From the human T2T-CHM13v2.0 reference genome, Homo sapiens, in assembly GCF_009914755.1 (NCBI RefSeq), contig NC_060931.1: a DNA stretch of 64,000 nt; one strand, 5' to 3'. The stretch's first letter is position 1. Every line of letters starts with the position of its first letter. The position numbers and the translations under genes were made by a program. The notes beneath the pieces were generated by a model. That model saw nothing but the letters and a program-made list of their open reading frames with translations, was not told the origin of the DNA and did no database searches. This document shows, in pieces, positions 32,155 to 46,506 of the stretch.

Positions 32155-32906
32155 TGTAATTGCCCAAAGGGTTAGCCTTGCCCACTGCCTAGACAGAACT
32201 GATTTATCAAGACAAGGAAATTGCAATAGAGAAAGAGTAATTCACGCACAGCTGGCTGTGCAGGAGATTAGAGTTTTTTTATTACTCAAATCAGTATCCC
32301 CGAAAACTCAGGGATCCGAGTTTTTAAGGATAATCTGGCAGGTAGGAGCTCGGGAAGTGGGGAGTGCTGATTAGGTCGGGTTGGAGATGAAATCACAGGG
32401 GGTCGAAGTGAGTTTTTATTGCTGTCTTCTGTTCCTGGATGGGATGCAGACCTGGTTGAGCCAGATTACCGGTCTGGGCAATGTCAGCTGGTGCATCAGA
32501 ATGAGGATCTGCAAAATATCTCAAGCCCTGATCTTAGGTTTTACAACAGTGATGTTATTCCCAGGAGCAATTTGGGGAGGTTGAGACTCTTGCAGCCAGA
32601 GCTTGCATGGCCCCTAAACCGTAATTTCTACTCTTGTAGCTAATTTGTTAGACCTGCAAAGGCAGACCGGCCCTCGGGCAAGAAGGGTTTTGGTTTGGTT
32701 TGGTTTGGTGTTTTCGGGGAAAGGGCTATTATCATTTTTGTTTCAAAGTTAAACTACAAACTATATTCCTTCCCAAGGTTAGTTCAGCCTATGCCCAGGA
32801 ATGAACAAGGACAGCATAGAGGTTAGAACCAAGATGGAGTTGGTTATGTCTGATTTCTTTCACTGTCATAATTTCCTCAGTCATAATTTTTGCTAAAGTG
32901 GTTTCA
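32155..32906 (-). mobile_element. Solo LTR8A-like ERV1 LTR inserted in an L2 fragment
   Basis: Termini tgtaat...gtttca; perfect TSD aatt; minus strand begins tgaaaccactttagcaaaaattatgactgag. Confidence 0.82.
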
Positions 32907-33189
32907 AATTTAACTAAAATGGCAATCCCCTTCCACGACTTTTTGTCCCCTTACTCTGCTTCTTTTCCCTAGCGCTTAATACCAGCTACAATTACAGTGT
33001 GTATTTTTTGTTTGTTTGTTTACTGCCTACCTTCCCCTACTAGATATATATTCCAAGAGCATGGACTTTATCTGTTTTGTTAATTGCCATCACTCAGGTG
33101 CCTGGCACACAATATACTCATTTGTTGAATGAATATAGTTAAATAAGTAGGTAGATTAAAATGTCAAAGAGCAGAGCGGCCACAATTCA

Positions 33190-33750
33190 GAGACCACCTG
33201 GATGTGCGAGGTGGGAAGGGAGAAGCACTGACGATGGTTCTGAGGTCTCTAGCTCAGTTGGCCATGTAGATGTTGATGCCATCAACCAACAGAAGTGGAA
33301 CAGGTCTGGTGGGGAATGAATGAAGCATTGGATAGGGGAGAGTGTGAGCTTGGTTTTGGACATACTGGGTTCAGGTTGCCTGTAAAACCTCCCAGAGTTG
33401 CTGCTCAGTAGGCAGCTGGGAATGTGGAAATGAAGCTAAGGAGAAAGGAATTGGGCATGTGGAGACCACCTGAGTCTGAGTGACAGGAAAAGCCCTGGGA
33501 TTTTCCAGGAAGAGGCACAAAGTAAGAAGAGAGCTGTGACTGTACCCGGGGGGAGAAAGCACCCTTTAAGGGGCTGGCAGAGGAAAAGGAATCAAGGAGA
33601 CGTTGGGGGAGAGTCAGAGATGTGGGGGGGACAGTCAGAGAAGAAGAAACCAGAGAAGAGCTGGTAACTAACGAACCAAGGGAGTATATTTTCAATTGAG
33701 AAAATGGCCAGCAAATTCAGATGCAGCAGAAGGCTGTAATGGAAGGACTA
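33190..33750 (-). mobile_element. L2 fragment
   Basis: ttggttttggacatactgggttcaggttgcctgt...gtaggcagctgg resembles antisense L2; boundaries approximate. Confidence 0.55.
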
Positions 33751-34627
33751 GTGAGAAGACTCCAAAGATAATTTCTGGAATATTCCCATGGTGACCCTTA
33801 CTGTTTAGCATGGGGTACAATTTAGAGAATTGCTATAACTTCTATAAATTGTTTCCTTTTTAAAATTTTTCTGCCAGCCTTAGAGTAAAAAGATTCCTAG
33901 ATATAGAGACAAAAAAATTCTATTTCTGTAATTGACAGCCACTGTCCCATCTCTGAACAGATAAATCCATGGTAAAGGAGATATTAATCCAAGCATTTTA
34001 ATAACACCACAATTACAGCTACTTGGGCAAATCATTAGTGTGCTCTCACTAGCTAATGAACTCCTGTCTTGGGTAATTAATGGAAACAATATGAAGTCAC
34101 TGTTTTGAGTATAATTTACAGATACCAATAGTTTGCTTCAGTCATTAATTGAAGTAAATGAGGCATTTCAAGAGAGTCAACAGTGAGCTCTTGGCTAAAG
34201 GTGGTAAAATTTTCTTTGAATTGCAGCCTGTGTCTTTATTCCCTCTTCTTTGTTCTCTCAAATCCACTTGCATCTCAAGAAGATAGTTATTCCACCCAAA
34301 ATTGCTCTCTCCACATCAGTACCAAACATTTGCCGACTGAGTTCAATGATCTGTTCAACATTTTCATCTGCTGTTTCTGACCTGGTTGATCACCACCCAT
34401 TTTGACCTTCTCTTGGAAAGCTCTTCTCTGTCGGATTCTCTGACACCAGTGCTACAGTCTGAATGTGTGTGACTGCCTCCCATTCCCCCACACCACCACC
34501 AAATTCTTATGTTGAAATCTGAACCCCGAAGGTGATGGTATTAGGTGATGAGGCCTTTGAGAAGTTATTAAGTCATGGGGGCAGAGTCCTCATGAATGGA
34601 ATTAGGGTCCTTATAAAAGAGACTCCA

Positions 34628-34918
34628 GGCCAGGCGCAGTGGCTCACGCCTGCAATCCCAGCACTTTGGGAAGCCGAGGCTGATGGATCACTTGAGGTCA
34701 GGAGTTCGAGACCAGCCTGGCCAACATGGCGAAACCCTATCTCTACTTAAAATACAAAAATTAGCCGGACATGGTGGCACATGCCTATAATCCTAGCTAC
34801 TCGGGAGGCCAAGGCAGGAGAATTGCTTGAACCCGGGAGGTGGGGTTGCAGTAAGCTGAGATCGAGCCACTGCACTCCAGCCTAGGCAACAGAGTGAGAT
34901 TCCATCTCAAAAAAAAAA
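34628..34918 (+). mobile_element. Alu SINE
   Basis: Full Alu; TSD agagactcca. Confidence 0.95.
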
Positions 34919-35090
34919 GAGAGACTCCAGAGAATGTTCTTGTTCCTTCTGCCAGGTGAGGTGAGGAAATAGCAAGAAGACTGCCATCACCAACCTCACC
35001 AGACACCAAATCTGCTGGTGCTTTGATCTTTGTCTTCCTAGCCTCTATAACCATGGGAAATAAATTTCTGTTGTTTAAAGTTACCCAGTT

Positions 35091-35406
35091 GGCTGGATTC
35101 AGTGGCTCAGGCCTCTAATCCCAATAATTTGGGAGGCCAAGGCACGCAGATCCCAGAGTTCAGGAGTTCGAGATCACGCAGAGCCCAGGAGTTCGAGATC
35201 AGCTTGGGAAACATGGCAAAATCCCATCTCTACTAAAAAATACAAAAAATTAGCTGGGCTGGTGGCCCATGCCTGTAGTCCCAGCTATTCGGGAGGCTGA
35301 GGTGGGAGGATCACCTGAGTCCAGGAGGTCAAGGTTACAGTGAGCTATGATCACTCCACTGCACTATAGCCTGGGTGACAAAGCAAGACCTTGTCTCTAA
35401 AAAAAA
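35091..35406 (+). mobile_element. Older (AluJ-like) Alu with small internal duplication
   Basis: Alu sequence; caggagttcgagatca occurs twice in the left arm. Confidence 0.9.
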
Positions 35407-35414
35407 TTACATAA

Positions 35415-35718
35415 GGCTGGGCACGGTGGCTCATGCTTGTAATCCCAGCACTTTGGGAGGCCGAGGTGGGCAGATCATGAGGTCAGGAGTTCGAGACCAG
35501 CCTGGCCAACATAGTGAAACCCCATCTCTACTAAAAATACAAAAAAAATTAGCCGGACATAGTGGCGGGTGCCTGTAATCCCAGCTACTTGGGAGGCTGA
35601 GGCAGGATAATCTCTTGAATCCAGGAAGGTGGAGATTGCAGTGAGCCAAGATTGCACCACTGCACTCCAGCCTGGGCAACAGTGCAAGACTCCATCTCAA
35701 AATAAATAAATAAATAAA
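35415..35718 (+). mobile_element. Alu SINE
   Basis: Full Alu; TSD taaagttacccagtt/taaagctacccagtt flanks this and the previous Alu together. Confidence 0.95.
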
Positions 35719-37134
35719 GCTACCCAGTTTATGGTATTTTGTTGTAGTCCTAATGGACTAAGACAGCAAGGTTCTCTTGGTTCCTCTGACTGACTCTCTG
35801 TAGTTCTTCTTTATCTCTGTATGGCTAGATTTCCCTTCTTCAACTCCCCATTGTGGCTATCTCCTAAAATTCAGTCTCCATTTTTCAGTCTTTCTACTAC
35901 ACTCATCCTTGTCTTGTCTACTTCTCTGCTCTCCTAAAGTCTTTTAATTGGTCGCATAGTTATACCTTCTTTAAATGTTGTTGTTGTATAGAACACTAAC
36001 ACATATAGCTATAGACAAGATATTATATACAATGTATTGGTGAGGATGCAGCCCATTCAAGTCAGTGATCAGTTCAGAGGATGCTTTCATATTGGAGTTA
36101 AAGAGGGTATTCTTACTTAGGGTATATATAAACAAAGCATTCTGAGAGAGGATAACTGAGGATTATCTAAGGATGAGATTGTGCAGAGTTTAATTCTGAT
36201 TGAGGACATTTCTAAACTAGTTCAATTAAGAGAGCATTAACTTAAAGGGAAAATTATATTAAAATTGAATAGCTAACCTTCGGGCACACTATGCAAGGTG
36301 CTAATTTACATCTATTAAAAAGGCAGTTGTATTGGAGCCAATTAAAGCTATTTCTAGAGAATTCATCACAGAGGTTAAAAGTGTATTATTTATTTCACAC
36401 ATTTTCTTTAATAAGAATTTAATTCATTTAATATTACCTATGCTTATTTTGCTACATTTTTAAAATGTACATTTTTATCTATAAGCTTTAAGATTCTAAA
36501 TTCTTTATATAAATCTTTTAGAATCTAAAGTACAGGTAAAAATTATACATTTATAAGATTACCAAATTTTCAGTCATTCCTATCAGACACTAGGTTTATC
36601 CTGGCACTTGCTGTCAGCAAATTCTCAGAGCCAAAGTAAAACATTGATTTGTTTTAAGGAATGGAGGATGGATAAAAGTGAAGTATAGCTTTTAAAAAAG
36701 TGAATTATTAAAAAAAATTATTTTATCCAGTTTCAGGTAATTTCACTATTAAAAAAAGGAAGCCCCAATGAAATAAGTGATTTTAAAGATGTTGGCCCTT
36801 CAAATGGACTCCCTTTCCAGTTTTCCCATTTCTGCCAAAAGTGTCATTGTTTTCCCAGTCCACAGGCTCGACACCTTAGAGATTTCTTTGCCTTGCCCAT
36901 TCCTTACTTACTGATATTCAGCTTGTGTACAGTTATTACTCATTTTCTTTCTCTATTTTCAGAGCCACTATCTGGTCTAGGACATGGATGCTGCACATGG
37001 ATAATGGCATGGCTTCTGCACTGATCCTCTGGCTCCCTGTCTCTCAACACTTCAGTTATTTCTCACCAGATAAGAATTTTCTGGGAATGCATGACTACTC
37101 AGTTGGAGAGTGCTCAAAGGCTTTCTGTTGACAG

Positions 37135-37487
37135 TGCTGTGGTTTGAATGCTCCCTCAAAAACTCATGTTAAAATTTAATTGTGACAATAAGAGGTAGGA
37201 TCTTTAACAAGTGATTAGGTTATGAGGGCTCTGCCTTCATGAATGAATTAACGAATTATTGTGGGATTAGTTATCTCAGGAGTGAGTTCCTTATGAAAGG
37301 ATGTTTATCCCCCATCCTCTTGCTGTCTTTCACACTCACTTGCACTTCTGCCATGGAATGACACAGCACAAAGGTGCTCACACCCTTGGGCTTTCCAGCC
37401 TCCAGAACCATAAGCCAAATAAACTATCCTGTATAAGTTACCCAGTCTGTAGCATTCTATTATAGCAGCAGAAAATGGACTAAGACA
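37135..37487 (+). mobile_element. MST-like MaLR solo LTR
   Basis: tgctgtggtttgaatg...aaaactcatgttaaaatttaa...aaaatggactaagaca. Confidence 0.82.
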
Positions 37488-37787
37488 GCTGGTCATACAA
37501 AACCAAGCTGAGAAGCTGGGCTTTGGTTTCTTCCATTGTAAAATGGCCATGCTAGTCTTAAGGGGTAGTTTTCAAACACTTGAGCAGCACAAAACATAAA
37601 ACAGATGAAAAATAGAGCCACTCATATTAAAGTACACAAAGGAACCAACCTACCCACTCCCACCATTGCCCCTTCCTCATCTAAAGGACTTGTAGTTTCA
37701 GGGTTGCCAGATCTTCCATTTTTCAAAAGAAGCTAGAATTCTGACTCTTCCTTTTAAAATCTAGAGATTTTTTTAAATGTTGGTAAC

Positions 37788-38304
37788 CGTGATGGTGAAT
37801 TGTATGTGTCACCTAGACAATGGCGGCAAGTTGTTTAGTCAAACACTGATCTAGATGTTGCTGTGAAGGTATTCTGTAGATGTGGTTAGCATCTAAAATT
37901 GGCTGACTTTAAGCAAAGGAGATTATCCTCAATAATGTGGAGAGGCCTCATCCAATCAGTTAAAGGCCTTGAGAGCAGAACACTGAGGTTTCCAGAGAAG
38001 AGGGAATAAAGAATTCTGACTTAAGGCTGTAACACAAAAATCCTATCTGAATTTCTAGCTGGTTGATTTGCCCCACAGATTTCAAACTTGCCAGCTTTCA
38101 CAATCACATGAACCAATTCCTTAAAAATAATTCTTTCTCTCTCTCTCTCTAAATACACACACATGTATATGTATGTATTCTCTATGTGTATATATGCATG
38201 CTTTCTGTACATATATAAACATACACACACACGTATATACATACATATATAGACACATACATATTCTACTGGTTTTGTTCCTCTGAAGAACCTTCACTGA
38301 TAAA
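37788..38304 (+). mobile_element. MLT2D-like ERV-L solo LTR
   Basis: gtgatggtgaattgtatgtgtca...ctagatgttgctgtgaaggtatt...catccaatcagttaaaggcc; internal CT/TA/CA simple repeat. Confidence 0.8.
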
Positions 38305-38643
38305 ATAGCCAACTCAAATTTTTGTGAAACTCTGTGTAGGCCAAACAAAACACATACATGGGCCTAGACCCTACCTCAAGCCACCAGTTTATAACCTCAG
38401 CACCCCCACAATCCAGCCCATCTCTTCAGGCATTAATGTTTTATCCACATTCCTTTCCCATGTTACCTTCCCAGTCAAATCCATTGCTTGCTAAAAGCAT
38501 GAGCCAAGAGCCAAATAAACTTCAAGGCTCTTCTCTTTCAGGAAGATTCTATAATAATTTGACGCCATGATGATTTCCACACATTACTTTTAGTTTCTTC
38601 TACATTTAGCATTCATAGATTCTGCGTGATACTTTATACTATG

Positions 38644-38948
<305 letters not shown>

Positions 38949-39079
38949 TTATCCTACATTTATAATCTTTTTAAATTGCTTTCAAAATATTATTGACTTT
39001 GTCTCTCAAATAATAACAAACATCTAAACTGTAGAGATTGTCTGCCATCATTCAGCAACTTGTAATGAAAACAAATTGC

Positions 39080-39440
39080 TCTAGAAATTAGAAGACATGA
39101 GTTCCAATCTAAACTCTGCTATGAGTTTAAGGCAGAGTAACCTTGAGGAGGTCACTAAGCATCTCTTGGCTGGAGTCCCCTCATCTGTAAACCAAGATGG
39201 AGCTACTTAATGGCTAAAATGTGCTTATTGGTTACCCTGTGTGAGATTCTGTTCTACAAGCTTTACGTATATCCATTCACTTAATCCTTAGAATTTGATA
39301 AGGAGGTACTACTGTATAGAATAAACAAAGGGGCAGAAATGTGAAGTTACTTGTCCAAGGCAGGCTTGCAAGCAATGGAACCAGGATTTGGACCCAGGCA
39401 GTATGGTTCCTGAGTCCATGTTCCTAACCATTACATTAAA
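39080..39440. mobile_element. Two MIR fragments in opposite orientations
   Basis: MIR core motifs (accttgagg...cctcatctgtaaa; cacttaatcct...ggatttggacccaggcagt). Confidence 0.6.
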
Positions 39441-39665
39441 CAGGCTCATAATGCATGCTGCATAATTCCAAGCAGCTCCAAAGTTCAGTAATACCACTTT
39501 TAAAATCACCTTCAGTATGCTCTTTATTATAAACATAAGGACCCAATAAATGTTTGCTAAAATAAGTCAACTACTTAATTTCAGGTTTGTTACCATGATG
39601 ACCTGTCAGGTTGCCTAAGCATGGTGGACTAGATTTGACCGAGACCATTTTCACAGGTCACTAGT

Positions 39666-40049
39666 TGTATTAGTCCACTTTCATGCTGCTGATAAAGACA
39701 TACCCAAGACTGGGCAATTTATAAAGAAAAAGAGGTTTCATGGACTCACAGTTCCATGTGGCTGGGAAGGCCTCGCAATCATGGTGGCAGGCGAAAGGCG
39801 CGTCTTACTTGGCAGAAGGCAAAAGGCATGTCTCACACGGTGGCAGACAAGAGAGGATGAAGTGAAAGGGGTTTCCCCTTACAAAACCATCAGATCTCAT
39901 AAGACTTATTCACTACCACATGAACAGTATGAGAGAAACTGCCCCCATGATTCAATTATCTCCTACGAGGTCCCTCCTACAACATGTGGGAATTATGGGA
40001 GCTACAATTCTAGATGAGATTTGGGTGGGGACACAGCCAAACGATATCA
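39666..40049 (-). mobile_element. THE1 MaLR solo LTR
   Basis: tgtattagtccactttcatgctgctgataaagacatacc...gggacacagccaaacgatatca; TSD ctagt/ccagt. Confidence 0.92.
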
Positions 40050-40379
40050 CCAGTGATGGATTCTAATCTGACGGACTTTCAAGCACTAACTTGGACATGA
40101 AATGCCTGTCTACATTTCATCCTATATTCAGAATTTAAGTTACTTATGGGTCAGCTTTTATCAAACACCATTTGTTTCTTGTAACGTAAGATGAAAAGAT
40201 GTCCCCAGAATTTTTTCTACGGCAAGTCCTTTGAAAATGTATTACATGCTACTACTGATCATATAGTTGGTGCCAAAATAGGCAGTTCCAGCTGATGACA
40301 CAACCCCAGAATATAAGAGGTAGCTTTTGCCAATAGGAGCAGAAGCAGTGACCTTAAAACATGAGAGTTAACCTGGGTA

Positions 40380-40840
40380 TGGCAGATGCTGTCAATAAAC
40401 CTCTCATATCCCCCTCTCCCCATGTAGAAGTCTTCAGAAAACAGTACCCACAAATACCAAAAGATTCTAACCTTAAGCACCTGTATCTCGCTACCCAGTG
40501 GCATGTTCAGCCCAAGCTTAGGAGAGACCAGAAATGCCAAAGAATTAATGTGCACAGGAGCAACCCCCAACCAATGAAGAATAAATAATCAACTTCCTTC
40601 TCCATCAACAGGCCAGTTCTGAGGCATGTTTCACCTGTTTTCTTAGAGGATACCAGAGGAATTGAGTCCTCATGCCCAGAGTGGTCATCAATATATCTGT
40701 TGTTGACTTCCCCCTTCTCTGTCTCACCATCTCATTCTTTCACCAGGCTTCCTCGGATTATTTCCCAAATAAATGACTTGCATTCAAATCATTATCTCAA
40801 TTTTGGAATCCATCATTTTTAAGAAATTTAAACTAAGACA
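40380..40840 (+). mobile_element. Old ERV-L LTR (LTR16/LTR33-like)
   Basis: cccaaataaatgacttgcattcaaatc...aaactaagaca 3' end; left boundary uncertain. Confidence 0.5.
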
Positions 40841-41386
40841 CTGAACCTTCCATTCCATGTTTGTTCATTCTTATATCTCAGTTTTAGGAGCTGAGATCTT
40901 CAAATCAATGTGGCATCATACCCCCCATATCAGCCATCTAATAGTGCTTTGAGTTTGCCACTTGGGGAAGCCACCAATTATGCATGACAATGCTTTGCAA
41001 GATTGTATAAATATACATTGAACACACAGACACACACACACACACACGAAGCAAAATAATTTGGAGCAACATTTCCCAAAATACATTCCAAGGAACAGTA
41101 GTTTCCACAGAATTTTCAATAAATTTTACTTGAAAAACCATCCTAATGTCAAATAAATTTTAGAAATGATAAGTTACAGAATAGAGGGATGTTATATACA
41201 CCATGATTCTGTTGCGCAAAGAAAAAACCACATCTATTTTCTATACCTGATCTCATCTTCTTTCAGGGCCTTCATTCCCACCAACAGGAAAAAATTAAAC
41301 TTTCCATTTAAAAGTACCTCAGTGTTACCAATTTTGAAATGGTCTCTTTGGAGGTAAATATTTAGCTAAGTCAAAGTTCAAACTCC

Positions 41387-41705
<319 letters not shown>

Positions 41706-43425
41706 CTATCAGAACTTTTTCTCCCTTCTCAAACAGTGTCACCACCACCATCTCAAGGTGGCTTCTGTGCACAGAGTGAAGTACACACATATCCTCATGG
41801 CGGATGGAAGACAAGGAGGGCACTCTGCTCCACGTGCTGTCCTCTGAATGGCCCTCTATGCCCTTTGCTGAGGCAGACCCTCTGCCCAGCAGAATTACCG
41901 AGAGAGACTGTTAAGAATACAGATCCCCAACTCCTTTCTCTGGATGTTTTGATTCAGGGAAATTGGAGGGAAACCTAGGAATCTGTGTTTTTAACAAGTT
42001 TCCCAGAGGGTTTTGATGTAGCCAGGACATAAACTGGCATTTGTGAACCATTAGTATACCCCACCCTGTTTCCTACCAAGCTTTGAACTTCATTCTGTAC
42101 TGTGAAATAGACTCATAACCCATTATCTCACATTAAGGTGTATATACACGGTTTAGTATTGTCATCATCTTTATTCATTTTGAGGCATACAGGGGGCAAA
42201 GAATATAAGGTATCCACAGTGAATCTTGGCACTGTTAGCAATTTGGCACTGATACTGCAATTTAAATACAGTAATCACAGAATTTTCAAAACAGAACTGA
42301 GGAGACAAAAGGAGAAATAGGATCATCTGGTATTAATTCTGGTTATTTCAATACCATTAAGAAGGAGGAGGTTCTAAGAAAAGCCACACAAAATCCCTGT
42401 GGGAAAGGAGGAGCAGTTTCATAAAGAAAGATAAAAAGATTTAAATATAATTTACTTTTACTAAAAAACACATCTAAAACCCTGAAAATTATATCTCATT
42501 TAAAAGCTGCTGATAAAAGAAATTTGCTAATATTTTTCTATAATTTTGTACCTTAAACGTTACATAAATTATTAGTTGTCTCTCTGGTATTTGTATAATA
42601 AAGGAGTTTATAATATCACACTTTTGAAGCATTTTTAAATTAAGTATCACATTTAATGAATAGAATTTTTTATATCACTTCAAGTTGATTTCAACTAAAT
42701 TTCCACCCCCAAGAAATCCTTACATTTCAAATCCTATCAAGTGAAATTTAACCTTATAAAAATCTGATCCAAAATATTATGTCAGTCTATTTTTTCAAGA
42801 ATAATCTTTTGTATCAATCAGAACATATTAAATTGGACTATGGTTACAAACAATCCCAAGATTTCAACAGCTTGACGCACCAAAGTTGTATTTCTTGCCC
42901 ACATAAATGTCCAACATGGGTCAGCTGGGGGTTCTACTGACCCCAGTCTCTCAGGAGTCAGGTAGACACGGTTCCATCACAAGTGCTTCCAAGGTCTCCA
43001 CAGCAGAGGGAAGGAAACATGGCAAATTGTGACAAATTTCTTCTCACATTTCATTGGTCAAAGTAAATCACATCATTACCCCTAATTTCAAAGGGTGGGA
43101 GAATATAGTCGTACCTCCTGCCATCTTGCAGGAGGAGAATTGGAGTACGCATGACCGGCCCTACTGACTACCACACTTGCCTTTGGTTTTCATTTCCTTT
43201 GGACCTTGGCACCATGTAATAATCCACACTGTTCCCGTCTGGGACTCATATTATCAATCCAACAAATTTATATTATCATATCACCAACAACAAACATTGA
43301 ATTATTTTAGAACTATCATATTAAAGCAAAGTTTCCTTTCTTTTTCATAAAAGCAGTAAGTCTAGTACATCTAATTTAGGCAGAGTCAGGGTACTACATG
43401 TAAGTTTTTTTAAGAACAGAAGTTG

Positions 43426-43759
<334 letters not shown>

Positions 43760-44200
43760 TTATTCACCAAAGACCGGCCCTCTGTCTCCACCCCATCCCC
43801 ACCCCCACCATAGGTAGAGTCACTGCTGAACTGAAACAGGAGCTGTATTTCTCTGACCCCCATTCTCACAATAGTCAATGAAATGTTGATGGAAGCGGCA
43901 TTTCCCATTGTTAGACCCAGCCCTAAACCTCCTGCACCATCCTCCACTCTCATCTTCTGGCCTGGTATTGATGCCTGAGGCTTTCTTGAAAGCCACGTGT
44001 TGAAGAAAGCAGAGCCCCTGTCATCCCAGTCTCCAAATGACTACATCACACAGACCTTCCACCAGTCTCCCTCCCTGCTGACAGTACATATAAACCTATT
44101 ACAAAAAATAGTTTCATTTTTAAAGTTCACAAAAATAAACTTTTATTATGGTAAACTTTCATAGTGATGGGGTAGAAGAATAAATTGACAAAACACTTCA

Positions 44201-44611
<411 letters not shown>

Positions 44612-46204
44612 TTATGTGCACCGTCTGATTAGAACAGAATTTCCTGGCGAGTGAAGGAAGAACTGCATCGTTATAGAACAGTTTGGAAAAGGCAACAGGG
44701 TAGGACTGCCAGTTTCTAGTTTTGTAAAACCCTTTACTTATCACTTCCACTCAACATAGAGACAAGATATAATCATGACATCAATGATTGTCTAATGGTG
44801 GAAGGCTATAATTCTAAGTGTCTCATGATAGAATTCATAACACGTGAAATTAGATGTAGGATAGTACTTAAATTTTATCATATTCATAAAGTTCTATTAT
44901 GTATAGTATTTTCTTGGCAAACATAATGCTATGGGTTTGCCAAACCTATTTTCTTTTCCCTCTAGTCACATAGATAGGCTGTATTTCCCAGCCAATCCCA
45001 TGGTTAGATGGGTCATGGTGACAGAGTTCTGGCCAACGGAAAATGGGCACAAAAATGTGAGCCATTCTCAGACCGAATGGAGAACTCAAGGCCCAAGGGA
45101 AAATCAGAACCACCAACTAGAAGGAGGCAGGTCCAGAATGAATGATTAGAACAGCTCCTCTCCATCCAACCTGCATGGGACTATAGGGTGAAAAAGAAAT
45201 ATGCCACTGAGATTTTGTTACAGCGATCAGCACAGTTAGCATAACATAATGAATATGTTAAGACTATTTCATTTGTCTCAGAGAACTATGTCAAAGATTA
45301 AAACTGGCAGGGGTGGGGGTGGAATGTTAAGTATACTTGAATAAAGCCATGATTTTAAAAAGAAAGCAGGGGGTCTTTAGAGATGTACTGCATCCCCTCA
45401 CCTACTCCCACTTCCACCCTGTTCAATTTAGTTCTTCGTAATTATTTACCAATGTCTACAAATGAAGGCCATGTTTCTTGCCATGGCCTTCTCAGGAACA
45501 CCATGGCTTGACCAGAGCCCACCCTCCTTGGGCCTCCTCTCCCATTCAAGGCTACTTAAGTGAATGAATTTCACTCTTCTGAACTTTGGCTGCCTTACAC
45601 TATTCCCTCTCTGGAATGCTCTTTCCCCTCACCCCTGCCTAGCTGAATTGCGCTGTTCTCCCTGCCACTTCTACTGCGGCCTTTCTGCTGGAAGGCTCAG
45701 TTGGAAAGGGCAGCATCCTGCTGTGACTCCTGCAGCCCTTTCCCTGTACAGCCCGGAGGACACTTCTTACATGCCATGCTTTGTGATGATGACAGGTGCA
45801 TATCTTCTCTGCCCTGCTAGGTTTCAAGTTCCATGCACACAGAAACTCCATGTGCCATTACATAAGATATTCAATAACAAATGCTTAATGAATGCATGAA
45901 CACAATGCACTCATGGCATTCATTTATTGCATAAGTCAATGAATAATTGAATGGAATGCCACAACATCAGCTTGAATGGAAGACCCCTTTCCCTCCAAAT
46001 GAGTCTGAATTACCCGTGGCCCCCAGCTAATATAAAGATGGAGCCACTATGCCAAGGGCAGAGCTTATGAGAGGCAAACCCAACAATTCCAAACTAGGCT
46101 CCACTTGAAACATCAAGGTTCACATGGAAAGGAGTCTGCAAGAATGTAGCAGGAAAAGGAGGGTGGGGTGGGCGAGGAACACTCTTAATTGTTTAAGAAA
46201 GTAT

Positions 46205-46506
46205 GGCCAGGTACAGTGGCTTATGCCTGTAATCCCAGCACTTTGGGAGGCCAAGGCTGGAGGATTGCTTGAGGCCAGCAGTTCGAGACCAGCCTGGGCA
46301 ACACAGCGAGACCCATTTCTATGACAAATTTAAAAATTAGCCAGGCATGGTGGTGCACCACCTCTAGTCCCAGCTACTTGGGAGGCTGAGGTGGGAGAAA
46401 CTGCTTGAGCCAGGGAGATGGAGGCTTCAATAAGCCCTGTTTGCATCACTGCACTCTAGCCTGGGAGACACAGTGAGAACCTGTCTCCAAAAAAAAAAAA
46501 AGAAAA
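46205..46506 (+). mobile_element. AluJ-like SINE
   Basis: Full Alu; TSD aaagtat. Confidence 0.93.

Larger units (their letters stand above)
34450..35765 (+). mobile_element. MLT1A-like MaLR LTR interrupted by three Alus
   Basis: tgctacagtctgaatgt...aaattcttatgttgaaatc...ggactaagaca. Confidence 0.8.
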
